This document shows, piece after piece, positions 10,483 to 17,744 of a stretch of 32,000 nt of DNA (the first letter of the stretch is position 1; every line of letters starts with the position of its first letter). Both the position numbers and the translations under genes were made by a program. The notes beneath the pieces were generated by a model. The model searched no databases and was not told where the DNA came from. It saw nothing but the letters and a program-made list of their open reading frames with translations. Origin of the DNA: Synechococcus sp. A15-28 (GTDB taxonomy: Bacteria > Cyanobacteriota > Cyanobacteriia > PCC-6307 > Cyanobiaceae); assembly GCF_014280175.1 (NCBI RefSeq), contig NZ_CP047931.1:1020001-1052000 (forward strand), read 5' to 3'.

Positions 10483-11580
10483 ATGAGCAGACGACTGCCG
10501 GTCACCGTGGTCACCGGCTTCCTTGGAGCCGGTAAAACCACCGTTCTGCGCCACCTCCTCACGCGCAGTGGCCAGCGCCTGGCGGTGATGGTCAACGATT
10601 TCGGCAGCGTTGGTCTGGATGGTGATCTGATTCGCAGTTGCGGTTTCTGCCCCGATGACGAGGTGGACGGTCGTCTTGTGGAGCTCAACAACGGTTGTCT
10701 CTGCTGCACGGTTCAGGACGATTTCCTGCCGACGATGGAGCAGCTGCTGGAGCGCGCTGATCAACTGGACGGCATCGTGGTGGAGACCAGTGGTCTGGCG
10801 TTACCGCGTCCGTTGCTGCAGGCCCTGGACTGGCCGGCCATCCGCAGCCGAGTGCATGTGAATGGTGTGGTGACCCTGGTGGACGGCGAAGCCCTGGCGG
10901 CAGGAAGCCCGGTCGCTGATCGTGAGGCCTTGGAGCAACAGCGACGGGAGGATCCCAGCCTCGATCACATCACCGCCATCGATGAGCTGTTCCGCGATCA
11001 GCTTCAGGCCGCGGATCTCGTTCTGCTCAGCCGTGCCGATCGACTGTCACAGGAGCAGCTGGACGCGGTTCAGATCAACCTGCAGAACCAGACCAGGCCA
11101 GGGACGGCGCTGCTTCCCGTGGCCCATGGCGCCGTGGACACCTCGGTGGTGCTCGGCCTGGAGCATCACTCCAATGAACAGGTCGATCACCATCACCACG
11201 ACCACGACCACGACCATCACGATCACAGCCATGTCGCGATGGTGAGTGGCGGACTCCGCCTTGAGGGGGAATTTGATCGGTCGGCGCTTGAGGATCTGCT
11301 GCCCCGGTTGGTCAGCGAGCTTCAGGTGCTGAGGCTGAAGGGACGCGTCTGGCTGCCGGGCAAGGCCTTGCCTTTGCAGCTGCAGATGGTGGGCCCACGG
11401 CTCAACAGCTGGTTTGAGACAGCCCCGGCATCGGCCTGGCGTCCTGACAGCGGCGCTGGAGTGGATCTGGTGGTGCTCTCCCTTCACGAGACATCCACTG
11501 CGACGATCGAGCAGGGCCTTCAGGCGCTGCAGGCCACTCCGGCAACCGCCAGCACAGCCGCCAGCACTCCACGGGGCTGA
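10483..11580 (+). CDS. COG0523-family (CobW/ZigA-like) metal-chaperone GTPase
   Basis: ATG at 10483. The P-loop is VTGFLGAGKTT, the CxCC motif is NNGCLCCTV, and the Walker B-like segment is VVETSGLA. A His-rich tract, DHHHHDHDHDHHDHSH, sits between the GTPase domain and the C-terminal domain. Confidence 0.9.
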   Translation: MSRRLPVTVVTGFLGAGKTTVLRHLLTRSGQRLAVMVNDFGSVGLDGDLIRSCGFCPDDEVDGRLVELNNGCLCCTVQDDFLPTMEQLLERADQLDGIVVETSGLALPRPLLQALDWPAIRSRVHVNGVVTLVDGEALAAGSPVADREALEQQRREDPSLDHITAIDELFRDQLQAADLVLLSRADRLSQEQLDAVQINLQNQTRPGTALLPVAHGAVDTSVVLGLEHHSNEQVDHHHHDHDHDHHDHSHVAMVSGGLRLEGEFDRSALEDLLPRLVSELQVLRLKGRVWLPGKALPLQLQMVGPRLNSWFETAPASAWRPDSGAGVDLVVLSLHETSTATIEQGLQALQATPATASTAASTPRG

Positions 11581-12362
11581 ATCGGATCCCCTTCGAACCG
11601 CCCCGCCACCAGCGCCATCACCGGTGCGGTGCTCATCAGCGTGACGCCAGGCCCGACGGGCATCGTCTGAAACACCAATTGCTGCAGGACGATGCCCACA
11701 TTGGTCCCCAACGCGGTGGCCAACAGGATGCGCAGCCCCGAGCCTGACCGTGCGTTAAGGCGTGACCCTCTGGCTCGCAGGAGTGGTAACAAAGCCAGCC
11801 ATCCCCCAAGCAATCGGACGGATGCGGTCTGCAGGGGGCTCAGCTCGCTGCTGATCAGTACCTGTCGAGCCAGGAAGGCGCCATTGAGACCGCAGACCAC
11901 TGCCAACAGTCCAAAGACAAGCCCCTGGCGGTCCCTGTGAAGCGGCCCATCGCTGTCCGCCACCAGCACCACGGCACCTGCCACCAAGAGAGCACCGAGC
12001 CAGGCCCCTGCATTCAGTTGCTCCCTCATCAGCACCACGCTGCCAAGACTGGCCAACACCGGGCCGAGTGCCTCCAGCGTGAGGGTTCGGCGGGTTCCCA
12101 GCCGCCGCAGGGCGGCGAGATAGAAGCTGTCACCGGCGGCGATGCCCACACCGCCACTGAGCACTAACCAGCCGATGGCCGCTGCGTTGTCCTGCCACGG
12201 CAGCAGCGCCAGAACCGGAACAAAGAGCAGCGTCGCCAGGCCGTTTTTGAGGGTGTTGAGCTGCAGGGCTGAGCCCTGATCCGACAGGGAGCGCCACAGG
12301 CTGCTGGCGGTTGTCCAGGCCAGGGCTGCGGCCAACGCCGCCACCACTCCGATCATCGGCAT
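11520..12362 (-). CDS. EamA/DMT-superfamily transporter
   Basis: 280 aa and almost entirely hydrophobic, with about 10 predicted helices. It shows the Gly/Ala/Leu-rich duplicated EamA-like pattern. Its ATG directly follows the upstream gene's TAG (TAGATG). Confidence 0.8.
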   Translation of the reverse strand: MPMIGVVAALAAALAWTTASSLWRSLSDQGSALQLNTLKNGLATLLFVPVLALLPWQDNAAAIGWLVLSGGVGIAAGDSFYLAALRRLGTRRTLTLEALGPVLASLGSVVLMREQLNAGAWLGALLVAGAVVLVADSDGPLHRDRQGLVFGLLAVVCGLNGAFLARQVLISSELSPLQTASVRLLGGWLALLPLLRARGSRLNARSGSGLRILLATALGTNVGIVLQQLVFQTMPVGPGVTLMSTAPVMALVAGRFEGDPIQPRGVLAAVLAVAGVACSA

Positions 12363-13298
12363 CTACTTAACAAGTTGTTCACTCAGCTGCCAGAGCCGCG
12401 CCGCCTTGGCATCATCAGCGGCCTCCGCAGAGGTTTCGGTGCATGCGAATTGGTGACGTCCGGGGCCAAGGAGTTCATTGCTCCAGTAGCTGAATCCCTG
12501 TGGCATGGCCGGATCCAGCACCAACCGCTCCAGCAGTTCGGCGGCCCGTTCGGGACGCTCGGTGAGTCGCAGCAGATCACGGGCCACGAATCCGAACAAG
12601 GCCTGGCCAATTGGATTGGCTTCGCGGCTGTTGCGGAAGAAGCCATCCCTGCTGCGGGGGATCACCAGGCCCGGGCTCCAACAGATCACCGGCCACTGGG
12701 GTTGGAGCCGCGCCAAATGCCGGCCCATCAACAGATTGCAGAGCTTGCTGTCTTTGTAGGCCTTGTCTGCATCAAAGGGCGGTTCACCGTTCACCATCTC
12801 GGAACGCTGCTCCAGGCCCGAGAGATCCCCGAGGTCTGCAGGACGTCCCACCCGTCCTCCTCCACTGGCCGGGTTGTGCACCTCTGAGGCGGTGATCACA
12901 ACTCTGGGTGCAGCGGATTGGTGCAACAGAGGCAGCAGATCCATCAGCAGGCGCTGGTGGGCCAGATGGTTCACGGCAATGGTGAGCTCCACGCCCTGGG
13001 CGCTGCGGCGCACCTGGCGATGGCCGGCGTATTGCAGCCCCGCATTCAGCAGCAGTCCATCGATGGCTTCCCCCTGATCGTTCAGCTCTCGTCCAATGGC
13101 TTCCACCTGGTCAAGATCGGCCAGATCCGCCAGCAGCACCCGGCTGTCCCCATTGATCCAGCTGAGGGTTTGCTCGGCCCGCTGCTGACTGCGGCAGATC
13201 ACGGTGAGGCGATGTCCCTTCTGCTGGAGACGTTCGGCGGCGAGACGACCGATGCCGCTGCTGGCTCCGGTGATCAACCAGTGCTGTTGATCAGCCAT
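12363..13298 (-). CDS. short-chain dehydrogenase/reductase, protochlorophyllide-oxidoreductase-like subfamily
   Basis: This is the frame of ORF 12363-13340. I prefer the ATG at 13298 (MADQQHWLITGASSGIGR). It has the TGxxxGIG motif, NAGL, and the catalytic YKDSKLCNLL, which resembles the POR YKDSKVCN. Its start overlaps the upstream gene's stop by 8 nt (ATGGCTGA). Confidence 0.8.
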   Translation of the reverse strand: MADQQHWLITGASSGIGRLAAERLQQKGHRLTVICRSQQRAEQTLSWINGDSRVLLADLADLDQVEAIGRELNDQGEAIDGLLLNAGLQYAGHRQVRRSAQGVELTIAVNHLAHQRLLMDLLPLLHQSAAPRVVITASEVHNPASGGGRVGRPADLGDLSGLEQRSEMVNGEPPFDADKAYKDSKLCNLLMGRHLARLQPQWPVICWSPGLVIPRSRDGFFRNSREANPIGQALFGFVARDLLRLTERPERAAELLERLVLDPAMPQGFSYWSNELLGPGRHQFACTETSAEAADDAKAARLWQLSEQLVK

Positions 13299-14103
13299 TG
13301 GAGTCGATTTTGAAGATGTATAGCCTTCCGTCCCGTTCACTCACCACATACAACCGTTGACGGGCGGGATCGATCGCCACCCCTTCCGACTTACGGATCC
13401 GTCTGGGCTTGTTGTCGTCTTCGACCACCAGATCGAGACGTTGCAGCACCCGGTTCTGCTCCCAGTCGTAGTGATAAAGGCACTGCCCCTTGTCGCTGGT
13501 GATCCAGATCGTGTTGCGTTCGGCGTCGTAGCTGAGGCCGGAGAAGTCGAGTTTCTCCGGCCCCACCTTCGGGTGCACGAAGCCGTTGCTGTCGTTGAGC
13601 AGGCGTGCCTGGAGGATGCTCTCGCCTTCGGCGTCAAGCTCAATCAGCAGGCCTGGTCGCCCTTCCTTCACCACAAACAAATGCCCGGTGCGGGTGTTCA
13701 CGGTGATCCCTTCCAGGCCTTTGTTGTCCGGTGGATCAGGGAAATACCGCTTGATGCTGTCGTAGTTCGCCATCGCCGCCAGGGGACGACGACTGAGTTC
13801 GCGCCGGCTGGCGATGTCGATGGTGATCACGGCATTGGTCTCTTCCTGAACGGCATGGAGCTGGCTGCCATCGGCATTGATGGCAATCCCCTCCAGATCG
13901 TCCACGCCGATGAAAAACGACTCTGCGATCGAGAGGCGACCCTTCAGATCCAGGCGGAACACGGCCTTGGTGTCATCACTGACGGTATAAAAGGCGCTGC
14001 CGTCGTGGTTCAGGGTCAGACCTGAAGGCTCGTTCAGGCCCGCTGCCTTGTCGAGAATCCGGTGTTCGCCGATCAGGCTCAGGCTGAGCGTTGCGTCAGT
14101 CAT
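13291..14103 (-). CDS. beta-propeller protein, SdiA-regulated/YjiK-like (tentative family call)
   Basis: 270 aa with no obvious signal peptide. Repeated blades carry NEPSGLTL, DLEGIAI, GLEGITV, FSGLSYD and SEGVAID motifs, as in YjiK/phytase-like propellers. Confidence 0.6.
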   Translation of the reverse strand: MTDATLSLSLIGEHRILDKAAGLNEPSGLTLNHDGSAFYTVSDDTKAVFRLDLKGRLSIAESFFIGVDDLEGIAINADGSQLHAVQEETNAVITIDIASRRELSRRPLAAMANYDSIKRYFPDPPDNKGLEGITVNTRTGHLFVVKEGRPGLLIELDAEGESILQARLLNDSNGFVHPKVGPEKLDFSGLSYDAERNTIWITSDKGQCLYHYDWEQNRVLQRLDLVVEDDNKPRRIRKSEGVAIDPARQRLYVVSERDGRLYIFKIDSNG

Positions 14104-14204
14104 GGCGGTCCCCTCGCTGGTCTAAGGATTTCAGGACGTGCTGTCGGTTGGGGTCAGCTGGAGCACCAAGGCCGAGAATGGCATTGTTGTGGTTCTGGCA
14201 ACCG

Positions 14205-14747
14205 ATGCAACGCCTCGCGGTGTACTGCGGATCCAGATGCGGCCATGCGCCGGCGCATGGTCAGGCGGCTCAGGCGTTGGGCCAGGCCATGGCCCAACGC
14301 GGTGTGGGGCTGGTGTATGGCGCTGCGCAGATCGGTCTGATGAGAGCTGTCGCCGATGCGGTGCTGGCGGCGGATGGGGAGGTGATCGGTGTTATCCCGG
14401 AAGCTCTGATGGATGCCGAAGTTGCTCACCACGAGCTCACGCGGCTGGAGGTGGTGGCCGACATGCATGTCCGCAAGGCGCGCATGATCGAACTGGCGGA
14501 TGCCATGGTCGCCCTGCCGGGGGGGCTTGGAACCCTGGAGGAGTTGTTTGAGGCACTCACCTGGTTGCAGCTGCGCTTTCACAGCAAACCCTGCGCCTTG
14601 TTCAATGTGGACGGCTACTACGACGGACTCCTTCAGTTCCTGGATGGAGCCGTGGCCGATGGTTTCGTGGCGGCGGAGCACCGCGCGCTCTTATCAGTTC
14701 ATCGGGATCCTCAGCAGCTCCTGGATCAGCTGTTCCCCAACGCCTGA
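14205..14747 (+). CDS. LOG-family (TIGR00730-type) nucleotide phosphoribohydrolase
   Basis: This is the frame of ORF 14091-14747. The ATG at 14205 gives MQRLAVYCGS, the typical LOG start. The PGGLGTLEE motif is present. The usual GGGxxGLMG motif reads YGAAQIGLMR here. Confidence 0.8.
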   Translation: MQRLAVYCGSRCGHAPAHGQAAQALGQAMAQRGVGLVYGAAQIGLMRAVADAVLAADGEVIGVIPEALMDAEVAHHELTRLEVVADMHVRKARMIELADAMVALPGGLGTLEELFEALTWLQLRFHSKPCALFNVDGYYDGLLQFLDGAVADGFVAAEHRALLSVHRDPQQLLDQLFPNA

Positions 14748-15442
14748 TGCAACGGACGGTTCTGATCACCGGCGCCAGCCGTGGCATCGGCCGGGCGGTG
14801 GCTGAGCAGCTGTTGGCGAACGGTCATCGCCTTTGCCTCGGTCTCCGGGATCCGGCCCGTCTCAAGGGAACGCCTCTTGAGAGCGAGTGTGTGCTTCCGG
14901 TTCCCTATGACGCCGGCCAACCCGAGCAGGCTGAGGCTCTGGTGGATGCCGCCATCCGCTGGGCTGGTGGTGCAGACGCGTTGATCCATTGCGCGGGGAT
15001 TTTGCATCGCACGCCGCTGCTGTTCGCGGACGGTCAGGAGGCCGAGCTTGAGGAGCTGTGGCGGGTCAATGTGATGGGGCCCTGGTGGTTGACCCGGGCT
15101 GCCTGGCCCCAGCTCCGATCCTCCGGTCATGGGCGGATCCAGGTGCTGGTTTCGATGAGTGGCACACGGGTGAAAGGCCGGATGGCGGGGTACCCAGTGA
15201 GCAAGTTCGCGTTGATGGCCTTGTGTCAGTCCATGCGCAATGAAGGGTTCGATCACGGCATCCGGGTCACGGCGATCTGCCCGAGCTGGGTGAACACAGC
15301 CATGGCCCAGTGGGTGAGCTCCGTGCCGTCGGAGTCGATGACCCAACCGCAGGATCTCGCTTGCCTGATGGGAAACCTTCTGGATCTGCCTAATGCGGCT
15401 GTTCCTTTTGAAATCGCGGTTAATTGCGCCCTGGAAACCTGA
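14747..15442 (+). CDS. short-chain dehydrogenase/reductase
   Basis: 231 aa. It has TGASRGIGRAVA and the catalytic YPVSKFAL (YxxxK). Its ATG overlaps the LOG stop by 1 nt (TGATG). Confidence 0.85.
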   Translation: MQRTVLITGASRGIGRAVAEQLLANGHRLCLGLRDPARLKGTPLESECVLPVPYDAGQPEQAEALVDAAIRWAGGADALIHCAGILHRTPLLFADGQEAELEELWRVNVMGPWWLTRAAWPQLRSSGHGRIQVLVSMSGTRVKGRMAGYPVSKFALMALCQSMRNEGFDHGIRVTAICPSWVNTAMAQWVSSVPSESMTQPQDLACLMGNLLDLPNAAVPFEIAVNCALET

Positions 15443-15502
15443 TCAGGTCACGGACAGGCTGACCGCAATGGTCACCGTCGCTACCACTTCGGCAGATGAT
15501 TC

Positions 15503-15796
15503 ATGGCCATGTGTCTGTTCGCTGCGCTCGGGTTGCTGGCGCCACGGTTGATCCTGCTGTTGATGTGGCTGTTCAACAGCAGCTTCGTACTGCAACCTTT
15601 CGCGGCCATGGCGGTTCCAAATCCCGTGTTGCCCATCGCCGGCCTGTTGCTGCTTCCCACCACCACCCTTGGCTTTTGCTGGGCCACATCAGCCTTCGGC
15701 GGAGTGTCCTCCTTCAGCGGCATGCTAGTGGTGGCCATCGGCGTGATCATTGACCTCGGCCTGATCGGTAACGGTCGCGGTATGGCCAAGCGCTGA
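15503..15796 (+). CDS. small integral membrane protein (97 aa, about 3 helices)
   Basis: The sequence is strongly hydrophobic (LILLLMWLF, PIAGLLLLPTTTLGFCW, MLVVAIGVIIDLGLI). I prefer it over the antisense ORF 15481-15831. Confidence 0.6.
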   Translation: MAMCLFAALGLLAPRLILLLMWLFNSSFVLQPFAAMAVPNPVLPIAGLLLLPTTTLGFCWATSAFGGVSSFSGMLVVAIGVIIDLGLIGNGRGMAKR

Positions 15797-15811
15797 TCCA
15801 GATCTGCCCTG

Positions 15812-16255
15812 ATGACTGAAACCTGCGGCATCTGCCGCTTGCACCAGGATCCGCTGAATCGCGAGCGGTATGAAATCAGTCGCAGTGAGCTGTGGCTAGT
15901 TCGTCATCACCCGGATCCAGCTCCCCTCCCAGGCTGGCTGCTGCTGGACAGCATCCGTCACTGCGCTGGGCCGATTGAGTTCGAGCCTCCGGAAGCCGCC
16001 TCCTGGGGACGTGCCGTGCAAGATGCCAGCCAGCTGGTGCAGCAGATCACAGGCTGTGATCGTGTTTATGCCATTGCCTTTGGTGAGGGGGCTCGCCATC
16101 TCCACCTGCACCTGATTCCCAGATTTGCTGAGGATCCGGAGACCAGCGCCTGGTTGGTGGCCGATCACTACCGAGCGGTGCAGGGCGGGCAGCGAGCTGC
16201 CGCTGAGCCCACTCAGGTGCAGACCATGGTGGAGTTAGCCCGCCGGTTCAGCTGA
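15812..16255 (+). CDS. HIT-family hydrolase
   Basis: 147 aa. The histidine triad is HLHLHLIPR and there is an N-terminal CGIC. Confidence 0.8.
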   Translation: MTETCGICRLHQDPLNRERYEISRSELWLVRHHPDPAPLPGWLLLDSIRHCAGPIEFEPPEAASWGRAVQDASQLVQQITGCDRVYAIAFGEGARHLHLHLIPRFAEDPETSAWLVADHYRAVQGGQRAAAEPTQVQTMVELARRFS

Positions 16256-16286
16256 TCAGGATCGATCCACGTCGTTGCGCTTCTGA

Positions 16287-16706
16287 CTAGCCGCGTTGAA
16301 AGCGTTTGCGGGTGTTTTTGGAAACACGGAGGTTGCGCAGTCGTCCCAGGGGCCAGCCCAACTGCTGGAGATGGGCAAGCGTTGATGCTTCGGCATCGAA
16401 GCAGCCTTCGCAGTACGTGCTCTGAAGGCCGATCTCCTTGAGAGTGAGCAGCAGCAGGCGTTCTTCCCGGCGGGTTCCGCGTCGGGCCTCCACCAGCTCA
16501 AAGTCCCGTTGCTGATGTTCTGTGGTTATCGCTGAGAGGGCTTCGGTGTATCCGATCAGGAGGGTTTGATCGATGGCGCGATAGGCGGTGTAAACGACGC
16601 CTTCCGGTCTGGCCTCCAGGGTCTGGACCCTTTCACTCAGGGCGATCACGGCTTCCATGGTCGGGACCTGCAGGGCCTGCTCGAACAGGTTCAGGGAAGA
16701 CGTCAT
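16287..16706 (-). CDS. 139-aa protein of unknown family, translationally coupled to the upstream RHH gene
   Basis: This is the internal ATG at 16706 of track ORF 16287-16955. A GGAGG lies 9 nt upstream, and the upstream gene's TGA ends 2 nt before the ATG. The protein looks helical. It has a CEGC motif and a very basic tail, RLRNLRVSKNTRKRFQRG. Confidence 0.65.
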   Translation of the reverse strand: MTSSLNLFEQALQVPTMEAVIALSERVQTLEARPEGVVYTAYRAIDQTLLIGYTEALSAITTEHQQRDFELVEARRGTRREERLLLLTLKEIGLQSTYCEGCFDAEASTLAHLQQLGWPLGRLRNLRVSKNTRKRFQRG

Positions 16707-16708
16707 TG

Positions 16709-16951
16709 TCAAAGACCTCCTATGGCCAGTCGTTCGTCGCAGGCCCCTTCGTAGGCGCGAACGGCCGCTGAAGGAATGGATCCATTGCTCTTCAGCTGCC
16801 GGATCGAGAGCTCCACGCACTGCAGCACCACGCTGGTGAGTTCCCGGCCCTCGCAGAGAGCCCAGCTGCGCAGCAACACATGCAGGCTCGGCGGCACGGA
16901 CACCGTGAGCTTGACCTGGTTTTCCCGCGTCGCCGCTTTGATCATGGCCAT
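16709..16951 (-). CDS. ribbon-helix-helix (CopG/Arc/MetJ-like) DNA-binding protein, 80 aa
   Basis: This is the internal ATG (16951, or 16945) of track ORF 16709-17104. The sequence MAMIKAATRENQVKLTVSVPPSLHVLLRSWALCEGRELTSVVLQCVELSIRQL fits the beta-strand/helix/helix RHH pattern. It is followed by a C-terminal tail of about 30 aa. Confidence 0.65.
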   Translation of the reverse strand: MAMIKAATRENQVKLTVSVPPSLHVLLRSWALCEGRELTSVVLQCVELSIRQLKSNGSIPSAAVRAYEGACDERLAIGGL

Positions 16952-16967
16952 GCAAGTGAGCAACTCA

Positions 16968-16996
16968 AGAGTAGCTCTGAAGATACTGCATGGCAA
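16968..16996 (-). promoter_or_regulatory. candidate sigma70-type promoter of the RHH operon (TTGCCA-N17-TACTCT)
   Basis: On the minus strand, TTGCCA (16996-16991) is followed by a 17-nt spacer and then TACTCT (16973-16968). That is about 16 nt before the ATG, which implies a very short leader. An imperfect inverted repeat, GATACTGCA (16982-16990) / TGCAGTGTC (17022-17030), straddles the -35. Confidence 0.3.
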
Positions 16997-17160
16997 CCGT
17001 GTGGTGACTTCGAAGTGTATCTGCAGTGTCTTTAGGGCTGGCTCAGGGGCTCTCGCTCGATGACCTGCCCGTGCACCAGCCTTCCAGCTGTGAAGACGCA
17101 TCACAGTTCATTGATCTGCCCAGCTGGTCCAGACATCGTGATCAGGAATTCATTGGTTCT

Positions 17161-17340
17161 ATGGCCTCACCGTCTGGCACTTGGAGTAACAACCAACCTC
17201 CCTCCACGTTTGAAAAGCTCTGGCGCGGCTTGATTCTTGTCGGCGCCATTCACCTCGGCGGCATGCTCGTCAATGTTGTGTTTCAGATGCTTGGAAACCA
17301 CAGCCTGGATGGCATCCCAGCCAAATTCCTAGGCCTGTAA
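17161..17340 (+). CDS. 59-aa single-helix membrane peptide (hypothetical)
   Basis: This is the internal ATG of track ORF 17026-17340. The sequence is MASPSGTWSNNQPPSTFEKLWRGLILVGAIHLGGMLVNVVFQMLGNHSLDGIPAKFLGL, with one clear hydrophobic helix. It ends 27 nt before the strong hairpin. Confidence 0.35.
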   Translation: MASPSGTWSNNQPPSTFEKLWRGLILVGAIHLGGMLVNVVFQMLGNHSLDGIPAKFLGL

Positions 17341-17367
17341 TTCAGCGGCTTGTCGTACTTGAATGGT

Positions 17368-17406
17368 TGATCACAGGTGATCCCGATGGGGGATCACCTG
17401 TGATCA
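17368..17406. terminator. perfect 17-bp-stem hairpin, likely a bidirectional terminator between convergent genes
   Basis: The sequence is TGATCACAGGTGATCCC-GATGG-GGGATCACCTGTGATCA. It lies between the 3' ends of 17161-17340 (+) and 17427-17744 (-). It is followed by TTTGATAT on the plus strand, so the U-tract is weak. Confidence 0.5.
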
Positions 17407-17426
17407 TTTGATATCAACGGTTGAGA

Positions 17427-17744
17427 TCAGGACATTTTCGCAAACAGTTTCTTGTGATAATCAACGACGTCCTGGCAGCCAATCACAGGGGTAAAGTCCA
17501 TTTCAATTCCATACTGAGCACGCCAGGGAGCAAAGTGCTCAAAAATTTGCGCGTCTCCCGCGGCTTTGAACAACAGGGTGACCCGTCCTGCTCCTGGAGC
17601 ATGGACGCGGAAGAGCATTTCAAAACCGTCAGCGCGATCGGCCTTCGCCATTTCGCCCGAATCCCAGAGTTCACAGAAACTCTTGTAGGCAGCCAGTTGG
17701 CTTTCGATATCTGGAAAAATGCAGTCGGCGAGGTACATCTGCAT
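17427..17744 (-). CDS. small soluble protein of unknown function (about 105 aa) in the low-GC islet
   Basis: This is the frame of track ORF 17427-17798. The 17798 start is a GTG followed by a hydrophobic stretch, so I prefer ATG 17744 or 17738 (MQMYLADCIFPDIESQL...). By hand count G+C is about 45-48%. I cannot assign a family with confidence. Confidence 0.5.
   Translation of the reverse strand: MQMYLADCIFPDIESQLAAYKSFCELWDSGEMAKADRADGFEMLFRVHAPGAGRVTLLFKAAGDAQIFEHFAPWRAQYGIEMDFTPVIGCQDVVDYHKKLFAKMS

Noticed and set aside
16707-17104. N-terminal extensions of the track ORFs 16287-16955 (222 aa) and 16709-17104 (131 aa).
   Set aside because: The extensions are Arg/Gly/Ala-rich and overlap each other out of frame. 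Internal ATGs with a GGAGG Shine-Dalgarno or a promoter-like element give two compact, non-overlapping genes instead.
16990-17360. A possible att-type direct repeat of the tRNA-Ser 3' end at the far side of the islet. Candidates were TTCGAA-containing GTGGTGACTTCGAAGTG at about 17001-17017 and GGCTTGT at 17347-17353 versus 18835-18841.
   Set aside because: Only 6-7 nt are shared, which is expected by chance over this distance. I cannot support a real attachment-site duplication without an aligner.
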